Assembly (NCBI GenBank): GCA_051362555.1
Contig: CM120640.1
Span: 26,336,225 to 26,400,224, forward strand
Direction: 5' to 3'
From: Lingula anatina
Taxonomy: Eukaryota; Animalia; Brachiopoda
DNA length: 64,000 nt
In this document: positions 14,101 to 30,675 of the stretch, in pieces
How the letters are laid out: every line of letters starts with the position of its first letter
Numbering within the stretch: position 1 is the first letter of the stretch
Notes under the pieces: model-generated
Told to the model about the DNA's origin: nothing
Databases searched by the model: none
What the model saw: the letters and a program-made list of their open reading frames with translations, nothing else
Position numbers and translations under genes: made by a program

Positions 14101-17100
14101 ACCAGTGGTATCAATACAACCTTTGAATTTATATATAGTCTTCCTTATCAGACCATTCATTAGGCAGTTGCAAATCTGTTTTGATGTAAATGTCATTTAC
14201 AGAAAATAATCCATATAAAACAGTAATTAGCAGACTTTTTTCATGTTTATCACATATATGCAAAATGTAAACCTCAGACCCTTATAAAAGTGAAGGCCAT
14301 TTTAATTCTAATGAGTGAAAGTTGCAGAGATGCACATTAATAGCCTACATACTAAATCAGAGTTAAAACCAAATCCCCATAAAATATAATGTCACTACAT
14401 ACAACATTTACCTTGAAGACAAAAACCCTCTAAACTAAAAGATCTTCAATTATATTTGGGTGTCTTTTATCAATCTAAACATACATGCCCACAAAGCATA
14501 TGCCAAGGTAAAAGCATGCAAACAGTTTGAATATGCCAAAAAAGAGGAAGCCTTCGATATTGTTTTGCTGATATTACAAAAACAACTACACAGAACGAAT
14601 GTAGTAAACAGCGTCATGCTATCAGAGATGATCCAGGCAGTACCTGCAATGTGGAACAACAACATGTCTGCAATATTACATTAGCCGTATTGATTCACAG
14701 AACTGTCTATCCAGGACTGTGACTTACAATATTGCAGCTAATCCCACAGCCACTCAATATGTGGTCATCCAGGGACCTGGAAAATACACCAGTTAATCAG
14801 AAACAGTCAGAAATTCAGACCAGAAACCTTCATTAAGTATAATTTACACCATGCTTAAATGATCCTAGAATAATTGATCTGGTCTTTTTATTGTTGTAAT
14901 TGTAAATGTTTGCAGTATGTTCAAAACATAACAGAGCGAGGGACATCTTTTATGTACTTGTTTTGCCATCTCTTTCCTTAGCTTTTCCCAAAAGAGACAT
15001 TTCTGCAGACCAGTTAAGCTCTGCCCAAACTGCACATGATTGTATCTTGTGAGTATACATTGTTTCATGTCAGGGGGAAAAAACCACCACAACAATTGTA
15101 TTTCAGAATTTAATCTAATCTAATTTAGTGCCTAAATTTTTGGGTATTTGGGAACATGTGAACAGAAATACACATGATGAGAAGAGAACTTCCGAGCAGA
15201 ATCCAAAATTTTACAAACCCAATTAATTATTCACTGTAAAAGCACAGTATCTAAGCTATATGCATTGCGATTATAGGTGGCCTTCTAATACAGGCAGAAA
15301 ATCAATACCTGTATCAAGCATGAATATATGCAAACCAGCCTCCTACCTAGCTCCTTTGTTGCTCTCTAGAACTGGATTTAGAGGAAGAGACAGATTTGGG
15401 ATAAAATGTATTTGGGACTCTTTCTGAAATAAGTTCAATTCAAGTGTGGAGAGATCAGATAATTTTTTTATCTAGTACAGATATATATGCACTGCCATGT
15501 ATTGGCATCAGGACTCTGTGTTGGATAAAAAAGCATAGAGAAGAGTGCAGAAATCCACACAATAGCCTCGAAATCTAATCAATATTTGTTAATGACTCTG
15601 ACCATCACTGAACATTCCTTTTGTCTGTATCAATGTTTCTCTTGGCAAATGTGCAACAACAATTCTCCTTTTTTTCTAGGAAATAATCTACTTACTGATT
15701 ATTGATTATTCTCAACACCAAACTTTTCACACTGAATCTGCTGCTTTCTTGATCTTTTTTTTTCCTTTTTTAGCGTAAGTTATCGAAAATCCCCATGTTC
15801 AACTCCTTATACTGTACTGATGCATCTTCACTTCTTAGTTCACACTGGTGAACTAGGTGACTTATTATCAGATAAAAAATAACGTTTATGCCATTCTTGC
15901 TTTTAATAACACTGTACTTTGGATTAAGCTATTTCATGTTAATTCACTAGTGTTTATATTAAGAGGTGAAATAGGTTAATCCGTGTCTAGCTGCTGCCTA
16001 GAGTGTCCATACTGGTTAATGCATTTCAAAGCAGCATTGAGGGCAAATTACTATCTATTGATTTTTGAAATACATCTGGACTTTCTACTGGATGAAGCAT
16101 TGTCAGTTCCACTACAGCTCTGATGGAATCTGGGTTCACAACACATAGATCTACTGTCGTTCCGAATTAGGTTTTCTATCACCAAAATCCAATTACTTTC
16201 GAGCTTGACGTGTTGGTGGAAAAAATTAAACAGAAAGAAGACACTTGCAAGGATTAATTAAGTCATAAAGAGAAAATGCTCAAGTTTCCTTGCTCAAGAT
16301 AACAAGACAAAAGTTATCAAATCACACAACTGAAAAATCTAGTTTAATTGATGTAAGCAGACGAGAATTGGTCTTTTATATGCAAAAAGTATTGTGCACA
16401 AAATTGTAATTACCATAACCCATAAATAAAAGAAAAGGAGGTTCACAAAAGTCTGATACAGTGACATTTTGCCAAAGCCACAACCTTACCTCAAGTTCAC
16501 TGCAACAGAAACTTCAAACCAAAAATTTCCTTACAATCAATTCCCCTTAAGACAACCAGCATTACTTCCTATAGCAATGTTTATAAATCTGTTTGGAGAC
16601 CTCTGATGAAAAATTGTTACTAATATTCTGTCATGTGCTGTGGTAAGGGACAACCTAATTTTTTGCAGTTTGTTTTTAAATAAATAAAATGCTATTAAAC
16701 AGTATCATTAAGGGCAAAGTTGATTCATCCCGGACTACGTACTTACCATCTCAAGATAAGCTCAAACCCATTCTTTAAATAATTTATTTATTCATTTTTC
16801 TCAATAATATTCATGTTAGTAAACAAAATTCCTATCACAAGCTCAGATGGAGACAATTAAGGGCACACAAGGTGAAACCTTAATACAAAGTGTAAAAATC
16901 TTTTTCTTCATACAACATACATGTATCTTTTTGAACAAAAAAAATGCACTTTTTCCATATAAAAATGGGATTTGAGAAATGTGCAAAGACATGAACAGAC
17001 TTAAAATTTTTAAAGCCTCTAAACACATGGAGCGCACTTATAAATAACTACCTGGGTGTAAGTGACAAAATAACTAGCACACATTCAGTTCAGAACAAGC

Positions 17101-20100
17101 CCATCCTTAACAATTACTTCAATTCAAAGGAATGAAGACAATTGTATATTCTATTCATAATATTCTAGAATACCAGATCAGCTACCACAGATATGTAGCA
17201 ATGCTGGTAAGTGAAAATCAATAAAACCGGTTTTCTCAATTCCAATTAAATCAATTACCAGAACTTAAAAAGACTGAAATGGACAACTACAGGATGGAAT
17301 AAAGGACTTAAAGATTAAAATATAGAATTAATCAGAATACTGACTTATATGTAAATAAATAGTATTAAAAGTTACCCCTCCTGGTTAGATGCATGTGCAC
17401 TTATATGTGTTTATATTTACATGTATGCATGTATGTTCTCTGTGAGCAAACGAGAAATGAATTGAATTAATATCTCCTATAAAACAAAACAAACTAATAG
17501 ATGGACAGGCACAAAATGGGACTATTCACACTTATAATAAAATATGATAAAGATCCTATTAAAAATATCAAAATAAATCCATATTCTATACCCCCAAAAC
17601 CTCAAATGAGCACTTCTGAAGCATACAATTGGTAACATGTTAGAATCATGCCAAAACAGAAATGTGGCTAATTTTGCAAATATTCGTAATGGGTACATTG
17701 TTTTGTACATACATCCTTGCTATCTTGAATACCATGTTTCTTCATCATTATTTTCCATGAAATAATTTATTATTTTCTTACCAATAAATGTCATAAACAG
17801 CAATACAAAGGATACATTCTCAGTGAGCCGTTCTTGGTTCCAATGGCCAATAGATGCTGAACAGGATCATAGGCTAGGGCAGTGGGCTGGTATGGAAAGC
17901 CATGTCGCACAGTCTAAAAGAGAAAACATCCATTAATGAATTTGTTACTTTTGATCAAAACAATACATATTTCTGATGTATCCACATGATCGCATCTCAG
18001 GTGATAAAAACATAAACAATATGTTATGTTAAAGCAATCTTTGTTACTTTTAACACCTGATAACTTCAGTACATGTAAATGTGAAATTTCAATACTGTTT
18101 ATGTTAATATCATATTATGAGAGCATCAACATCTGAACAAACAAAGTGTACCAGGCACTCAAATTTCCTTTGATCTTGTTCTAAAAATATTTTATGACCA
18201 TTATATACATATATAATTTACAGAGTACTTTCTTTGAACATAATAACAACATATCAGTTCATTATCCCAACCCATGTTTATTTAAAATCCTTCAAATTTC
18301 AGACATGTAGCATATAATATATAGGTCTTATTCACTCAAACATTCTGGTGGCTTTTATAAACAAATGCTGAGAGGTGAGAGTCACCTTCTGAGAACATGT
18401 ACCACCAACCAGGCATGAGCTTGAATGGGATAAAAGATAGATTTGACAAAATACAACCATGTCAACAGGGATTTTTGAACTTTTAAAAACACCTGTCCAA
18501 ATGCCCCCAACTAATCCCAAACTTAGTATTTTAAGTCGGTCAATAAATGTGACTAATCAATTCCAATCCTCATAAAGTTGCAAAATCTTAAAACAATATT
18601 TTCATCACTATAATACAGCCAAATTTCTTGTTACCTTGAATAATAGGTGAAAGGTCAATATCTAATCAAGGCAATGAAAGAGCTAGATTTGTGATTGGAA
18701 TGGTACCTTGAAGAAAGGTATGCATAAGATCAATGTATTCATTGGCAGACAAAACAACAGGTTAACATGGCTGTCCTCATCTTAGTATGAAGCCTCTTAA
18801 GAGGATCACAACCTGAAATCAAAGCACGCTGAAGTGTGCCTTATCAACCTACTTTGAGATACCAAAGAATTATAATCATATTTCAGCTGAATGTAACTAC
18901 TGTTTCTCAAAAAAAAAGAAAAAAATCCACTATCAAACCAAAAAATTAACCTGACAAATTTATGCTTATAAATTAGTGTCAAAACATTAACCTTTTTTAA
19001 AAATCTTAATTATGATGTGAGTACCAAGGTATTTCACTCAGAATGTCTTATAGAAATGTTTCTACATAGAAGTGCACCACACCTGTTCAAACAGATGGTC
19101 TCAAAAACATCTCCAAGGCAGCTTCAATGATCGCAACCTTCCTTCACAAGCATATGTATATTATCATTACTCTGTTGTTTGTGTTGTTGAAAAAGGCAAA
19201 TGAGCAAAAATTATATATTGTTCTTTGCTGTAATAATGAGGCATGTGAAAAGCAAGTTAATAGAAATATTTTAGCTTGAGGCACCTCAAAATCAAGTAGT
19301 AATATTGATTACGTGCATGCAGGTTGAGGCAAGCATTGATCTGTTACTTTAAGTTTAGTCCGAGTGAATATAATATATCTGAACAGAATGCCACATGACC
19401 AATTAACCACAAACATTATATAAACAACATGAAGCTTACAGCTGGTTCTAAAGTATACCACTGAAATAATAGTGCAATATCATTAAATCTAAGTTTCTAT
19501 TCAAAGTTTACACACACACACACACACACTTTGAATTTCACTATCATTGCCAGTGTTAATAAACAACAATAGATTTGCTCCCTAATAATTTGTCATGACT
19601 TCATGGTAAATTCAGAAAATATTGATATATTTGTGTAATACGCACAGTCAGGTGTTTTATAAGATCAGAACAAGGTCAAGCAGACTTCCACATCAACCCA
19701 GTTCTACTCATTTTTACCTCTTCAGTAATTATAGGTTACAAACGTTACAACCTACTCAATCATTGTTAGAACTTTCTCTCTGTGATATTTGGGTCAGTGG
19801 CATAAAAATCACCCATGGTGAAAATGGGCAAAAACATGTCTTGGCTTTGTACAAATTGAATTATTTCTTTGTTTATTTGTTGGCCAAGTACACCATCACC
19901 CATGTTGAAAACGGGCAAAAACAGGTCTAGATTTTGTACAAATTAAATTATTTATCTAATTGTTTGTTTATTTGCCAAGTACAATATATATATAAAGCCC
20001 CTACACATTCAATACTGAGCATAAGGTTAGCAACCTGTCCTCTATAATTCCATCAAATTTATAGAGCCTGGATGAAGATACTAGTGAGTGATTTGCCGCA

Positions 20101-22854
20101 AAATTTGCCGACAAATAATGATAGCAGCCCACTTACTCCTATCCTACTACAAAGGTGTACATATCATAAATTACTGATTTCATCCACTGATATGTCCAAT
20201 AATGCTTTATACAATTTAACAAATTGTAAATGTCAAGAGATGGGGTCAAGCTTGGCATCTCAACTTACTTCAGGTCAAATTTGGCACCTTTCTATCCATC
20301 ACTTGCATGAATGATGACGCACATGTCCAAATTATCAATAAGATATCATTCTGATTCTGATAAACACCAACAGAGATTCTTATGTTAATTTGTATAAATA
20401 ATGAATTAAACCTGCTTATAGACACTGCAATCTACCTCCTGGTGTGTTTGTCTTAAGTTTTGAGAAAGGATAGAGTATAAATTCACAATCAAACAGTTAC
20501 ACTTTTTCTGTGACTGTAGTCCTTCCACCATTTTCTGACACTGTCTTCATATACATAACTACCTTAAAATAATCCAACTTCTTTGGATGACCTTCATTTT
20601 GTATGAAATTCTATAGACAGATACTATTCAAGCTTTCCAACACTGACCAATCAAACACAGTGAGCAAATTATTAGAAAGCAATACTTTATCAAAAGAGGT
20701 TTTGATCATTTATTCATTCATTCAAAAACTAAACCAAAATGCAATTTCTATATATAATGAAAGCAGATGAAAATTTGAATACTGTTAACATATAATGTTA
20801 AAGTAATTACTTTAGATAAAACAATTGCTTTAGATCAAGTGACTGTGAAAGTCATTTGCTTCTAAAAAAATTATAAATATATAAGGTGCTTATTTGAATT
20901 TAAAATGGCATAAAACATAAATGCCAGAGTGCAGGGAGGAAAGTGATCATAATTCATGTTTTTCAAAGCATTTTTCAGCAGAGCATTACAGTCAAGCTAA
21001 ATTACAGCATAAATGATCCCAGATCACTGGTAGAATTACAGTCAAGCTAAGTTACAGTGTGAAAGATCGTAAAATACTGGGAAACTTACAGTCAAGCAAG
21101 TTACACCTTTAACGATTGCAAAATACTGGGAGATGAATTACAACTGGAAAACATACTCATTTAACTCTGTGCAAGCAAACACTTCAGGAATATAAGGAGA
21201 AAAAGCAGAATTAAGAGATTGGACACCTTCCAATGTTTTTCAGACTGTTTATAATATAACTGTCTTATAAAACAAAACTACTACCCAGTATATGTGACAA
21301 GTATAATGTGTGTATGTTGTAAACTTCTAGCGCACACCATATGTAAATACCTACTGAACCACTTAAGAAATGTTTAAGATAATGCCATCCTCAACCATAG
21401 TTCCATGTTGGTTAAAAATGCAATACCCATTTTGGAACCAAAACTCGAGATATGATGGCAATGTCTGAGAGAAACCAACAAATACATCAAGTAATTCTCG
21501 ATTTCAGACAAGCTTTTGATACAGTCTTTTGTAAAAAAATCTCTATTTGACAACCTTGAGGCAAACGCCATAACTGCTTACATTTTCACACAACTTAGAG
21601 TCTTCCTGGTTAACCACAGCATAGAAGTCATAGTTGTGACAGAATCAAATCACAATCAGCCAAGGTCTTCTCTGGATTTCTCTAGGTATAAGTCTAGGCC
21701 CAATACTTTTCCTCTGCCATATTTTACAATCTACCTAAAACCTTGAAATCTCAAAACAGAATCTATTGAACTTTAAAATCTAAGCTTATTTATACCTATG
21801 ACATAAAATTTTGTTAAAAACTGCTAGTGAGTAAAACTATTCTAGCCAGAAACTATCCTCCTTTCTACCAATTAGTTGATGGAGTCACTAAAATGCTGAC
21901 AGATCTCAACTTGAACATTACATACAAGAAAGCTCAATTTGAGGATATATATATATTCCCCTACTAGTATAATATGGTTAATGATTCATATATTGTGTTC
22001 TGCCAAGTGTCTCTTCATGACACCCTCATATAAGCATGTAAAACCAACAAATTCCTCTGGCTGCAAAACTGACATTACAGTTGAAAGTAATGCACAGTAA
22101 AATTGGAGCCATTTCCCTACCATGCAGTGCACAGTGAGACATTCAGAAACTCATTTATACTAACAACCATCACTGACTGGAATCACCCAGCCAGCTCTGC
22201 TGTGCACACTCAATCTGTCAACTCATTCAGAGCTGTGGCTCTGAATGAGTAGATTTTCACCTGCCACTCCCCCACCTCATTTAAGCAGAGTAAGCACTGC
22301 AACCTACCTATTCAAATTAAGACCACCTAAATTCATTCATTCATTCATTCCATTGTTAAAAAAACACTTACAAAAAAACGTAAGCACCGGAACATTTGCA
22401 TAAAAAAAATGATAACTTCATTTCAATATTGCTTTGCACTGGTAATTTTGGAACATGAAATAAAAAGTATTCCACTTAAATACATTTCAATATAATTTTC
22501 CCATAAATCGACTAAATGCTGCGTGTTGTAAATCATAACAAAATGGAGCTGACCAGGCGTTGACAGATGCTGCAAATGTAAATCCTATGCAATATCAGGT
22601 TTGGAAAGCAAAAGAAATGCAAACCGTATGGTGGATCATTATGGTGAATGCAACAATGCAAAAGCACTTTTATCTGAACAATTTACTGAGAGTCTTATTT
22701 TTCGTCCAACTATCACTGTCTAGATTAGTTTTACCTTGCAAACACTGAAATTATCAGATCTGAGTGTTTCTTCAATCTCTGTTTCCGGCTTCTGCTGTGC
22801 CCCGACAGTCGACCGCAGGTTTTCTAACACCCCCTTAAGGGTTCTTTTCATCAT
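863..22854 (-). CDS. STXBP5: Tomosyn / syntaxin-binding protein 5 (LGL-family WD40 protein), 5' portion; gene continues beyond the left window edge
   Basis: Coding exons, all GT-AG and phase-consistent (1599 nt = 533 codons): 22854-22735, 17913-17816, 11769-11688, 11230-11130, 9788-9654, 8169-8106, 7742-7659, 7549-7426, 4965-4890, 2785-2631, 2277-2205, 1900-1750, 1340-1273, 1130-863. The translation MMKRTLKGVLENLRS...VCK/TVRHGFPYQPTALAYDPVQHLLAIGTKNGSLRI/FGRPGVD...FQSKWLYIGTERGNVH...YPCFENPYPMDLHESPVTCC...HADGSIKFWDAS is collinear with vertebrate tomosyn. The C-terminal R-SNARE domain lies outside the window. Confidence 0.96.
2124..2194. repeat. C-run, A-run and (AAAT)n microsatellite
   Basis: Visible directly, beside the tomosyn exon 11 donor. 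Confidence 0.9.
5115..5284. mobile_element. Fold-back MITE-like element (family A, diverged copy)
   Basis: Left arm actaggtcggtccaactatgagggggattcttgctaaagtgcaat is an imperfect inverted repeat of attgcactttaacaagaatcccccacagatttggaccaacccagct. Internal gaggaggcatgtcaaacaactaagatg resembles gagggggcatgccaaacaattaagctg in the copy at 26392. Confidence 0.75.
8498..8575 (-). CDS. STXBP5: Candidate 78-nt in-frame cassette exon of tomosyn between coding exons 5 and 6
   Basis: Acceptor attttcttccAG and donor CTG|GTaaag; 78 nt, phase 2/2 like the host intron. Open in the tomosyn frame: (L)FVRDIDNGALSGNESSVRFRFGNVI(W). Several CpGs in an otherwise CpG-poor intron. Confidence 0.6.
12106..12141. repeat. 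Imperfect (CAT)n microsatellite
   Basis: Visible directly; explains the poly-His run in ORF 11951-12157. Confidence 0.85.
13256..13306. promoter_or_regulatory. Perfect 14-bp palindrome with full CRE core plus CCAAT boxes; candidate internal promoter or enhancer
   Basis: CACTGACGTCAGTG at 13256-13269; ATTGG (CCAAT on the - strand) at about 13282 and 13302. Confidence 0.45.
19808..19983. repeat. Tandem duplication, 2 x ~87 bp
   Basis: atcacccatg(g/t)tgaaaa(t/c)gggcaaaaaca...tttgtacaaatt...gccaagtaca starts at 19808 and again at 19895. Confidence 0.9.
20985..21131. repeat. Minisatellite, 3 x ~50 bp
   Basis: ttacagtcaagc(t)aa(a/g)ttaca...actgg units start at about 20985, 21035 and 21085. Confidence 0.88.
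21378..21745 (+). mobile_element. Degenerate non-LTR retrotransposon (LINE) reverse transcriptase fragment, antisense in tomosyn intron 1
   Basis: Frameshifted translation IHQVILDFRQAFDTV / KSLFDNLEANAITAYIFTQLRVFLVNHSIEVIV / AKVFSGFL* / ISLGPILFLCHI follows the LINE RT pattern LDFxKAFDxV...LxxYGI...FLxNRxQxV...[22 protein letters not shown], with stops and frameshifts. Confidence 0.8.
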
Positions 22855-23588
22855 TTCGACAGTTGTTAAAAGTATCCATCAAATATTTCTTCGAATACAA
22901 AGATTTTTCGGTGCTGTAACATTGACAGGCTGTACTGACTAAAATATTATATTGAGTGTGCGAAAATGCCCGGATGCCAATCATCACTCCCAAGATGCAA
23001 TTCCTATGAAGCGAGAACAACATGGCAGCAGCGCCCAATATGAAGTGTTGAAAGTCTCAGAAATCTTAGCAGGGGAACATTCTGTAAAAACGAATGATTT
23101 GAATTATACTTAGTAAGTAATGGGTTGAGTATTGTGTTTGAGCATCAGTATATTATCCATAATAGCAAAGCACAGACTCGCCATTGCCATGTTCTGAAAT
23201 TGGGTCACTCTGACCCAATTTACTATTTTCTGTGAAGTCAAACGTGCTTTTGGTCTTGTGCTTCTCTCCTTCACTTACTAATACACTCAGGTACTCGCGC
23301 GTACTTTAATTAACATGTGTGCATGTTGGCACACCCATGTGAACAACAGTGCATTTCTAGATGTTTCACGGATGGGCAAACAAAAGTAATTAACTGCTTG
23401 TATATTTCAACGTACATACATTACAACTCACTGGCACTTGCTATTTGGTCCACGTACAGTACGTAATCGTCGCAAGCAGCCTGCGGGAGTTTAGCACACA
23501 TCGTTACTTATTGAACTTTTCCTGGCTTTTTGACAGTCAATATACTAAATATTATTATAAGATTTTCATATTCCAGATTGGTGTGAAA
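22855..23588. promoter_or_regulatory. Shared bidirectional promoter and 5' UTR region of tomosyn (-) and CPOX (+)
   Basis: Divergent start codons separated by 734 bp; local CpG enrichment at about 22500-23760; YY1-like CAACATGGCAGC at 23018-23029. A donor GTAAGT at 23113 and acceptor ttccAG at 23576 suggest a non-coding CPOX first exon. Confidence 0.7.
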
Positions 23589-28388
<4,800 letters not shown>

Positions 28389-28746
28389 TGACCAGAAACA
28401 ATAATTTTATTGAATATATAAATATTCAATGTAAGTATAAAGGAGATGAATTTTACATAAACAGTTGCAAGATATAAGGTAATGAACTTTAAATTATTGC
28501 TATTATGTGCAGTCACGAGGAAAACTATTGTACAAGCCTGGCCAGGGAGTAGGTCCAGTTTGCTAGTTGACATTTTGATGGTTCATTTGGTATGCATATG
28601 CTTTGATGCATTGAATAGTGAAAAAACTTAAAATTTAATGGAGACAACTCCAACACCAAAATAATTTGTGGCTGAAAATTAAATTCAGAAAAAGCAAAGA
28701 ATGTTTAAAATATCTCAGATAGTGCAGTTGCAAAAACAATTTTGAA

Positions 28747-28901
28747 AATAAAATTTTAAAACTATTGAGATAAACCCAAATTCGTGTAAATTCAAATTGA
28801 TAAAGAAAATCAATCAGTTATTTTTTTTTTCAGTTCAGTTTTTGTACTGTGATAACAAAAAGAATAACACACATACTTCAGGATATTTAGTACATTTTAT
28901 T
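28747..28901. terminator. Candidate convergent polyadenylation signals: CPOX (AATAAA, + 28747-28752) and Notum (AATAAA, - 28901-28896)
   Basis: Hexamers downstream of the respective stop codons; assignment is by position only, in AT-rich sequence. Confidence 0.4.
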
Positions 28902-30675
28902 CACTGCTCAAACCTCGCATATAGGTCATTTAGTGCTTTCTGATTTAACAGACAATTTGTCTCATTGCACATCATGCATTAAGAATGACTTATGTTTGAG
29001 TATGATACATTACACAATAAGTCACAGACTTTGTATATAACAATAATAATGATAATATTAATAATCATAGTAATAATAAATAACACTCTAAATGCTGTAC
29101 ATCTTATTCTAAGAAAATAGTTTGAAGTAGAAAAAAACTACATAAATTTGATCAGAAAGTAATGCACTTCAAAATGGCAAGTTGAATGAGGTCTTTGCGC
29201 ATCAGATTGTGCCGGCAGACAATATGTCTTTTTTTTAATGAAGCTCATTCCTATTTCCTTGTTGCACAAAAGGGGTGCTCACATCCATTTAGTAAACAAA
29301 CAAAAAAAAAAACTTACCAGCCCAATTTCAGGAAGTAGAAGTTTGATTGCAGTCACCCTTTCCCCAATTAACTTGGAGAGATTCCCTTGTGAAAGTGGGA
29401 GGGTGGTTGCAAACACTTCCTGAATTAAAAATATTTTTCATTTATACCTGGGTGAACACTGCTTGTACAAACAGAGGACAAAAGAAGTTACTGTCTCTAA
29501 AATAATAGGCTGGTCAATGATTTGTGTGACACTGGGTTATATAAGTTACAATTATATTTGACAATATTGTTCTCATTTTGCCCTGAGTTACTTTCTTTAG
29601 ATTGGTACATTTTACACCTCATAATACTGCACTCAGGGGGAAAACAAGCATTCTGACACCAAATCACTATAAATTACCTTGATATAGTAATATATAATAG
29701 TAATAGTAAAATATAACCTGTACAGAGAATAAGCTGAAATAAACATTTTCCATAGACTGTACGTGCATTGTCTGTGTAGACATGATTGGTAGAGTGAGGA
29801 TTTAGATCAATAAAATGTTAGTAATTGCCCAGCTAGATGCCTAAAATACATATTGCATCATTGTACTATATATACCTAAGGGTTTCCAGAAACTTTGCAC
29901 AATATGAAGTATGTTATAATAAGTTATGGCACAACCAGGTGCAGTTTTGTCTTTTTTCATTTAATCACTGGACTGTACTTTTACATTCACCAAGATGGAT
30001 TTGCCTAAATTATTGTTGTTATCAAAGTACAAGTGCTTATTGAATACTTTACCATAGAAAAAAATCCATCAGTGTTATATTGTTAACACCTTTTGTTAAT
30101 TACTTTTATACTCATTTGTTGACCTAATTTTTCACAGGTTTTCATTTTGAAATTATCTTAGAAAGGAATGTTTCATCTACCAGGATTGTCTAGGATAATA
30201 TATGTTGTTATTAACTTGTTATAACATTAAACCACTTCTCTTATACTATTTCTGCAAGGAATTGAAAAAAAATTTCACAGTTTTAATGTAATAAAAGGCA
30301 ATTGTAAGACCTATAAATGATTGAACTGGAAACTCTCCTAATATCACCTTAATCTAAAATAAATTCACTTCGTAATAACTATCAAATTTTGTCAATTTGG
30401 GTGTGTTGATAGTTGCTGCCTGATCTTACTTTCCTAATCACTATGACACACTGTTTTATGTACAACTGCTGTCATTATATATATACTAATATACAAGACA
30501 CACTTGTGGAAATATCATTTGCATACTTGAACATAAATATATTTTCATCTAATTTCTCAATAATATCCGAGTTTGAAATAAATATTGGCTTCATTTGTCA
30601 TAAAATCCATATAAATACTGTTTTTCTAAGCTTGGCAACGGCTACTTAAATAGCAGCTGGACTGTTTCTGTATAG

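Larger units (their letters stand above)
11770..17815 (-). other. U12-type (minor spliceosome) GT-AG intron 2 of tomosyn
   Basis: 5' splice site GTATCCTTT (consensus RTATCCTTT). The 3' end reads ttTTCCTTTACaaacatcAG, a TTCCTTRAC-like branch site about 10 nt before the AG. Splicing joins AT|A TTT GGA to give I-F-G-R-P. Confidence 0.9.

Noticed and set aside
20072-20330. Possible second, older RT remnant (SNLAPF...CMND)
   Set aside because: Too degenerate to distinguish from chance by eye.
19808-21131. Repeat units that superficially resemble a CRISPR array
   Set aside because: Eukaryotic intron; units are whole tandem duplicates without unique spacers, and there are no cas genes.
23000-23588. 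Iron-responsive element in the CPOX leader
   Set aside because: The CAGTGC at about 23348 lacks the paired 5-bp upper stem and lies in the probable intron.
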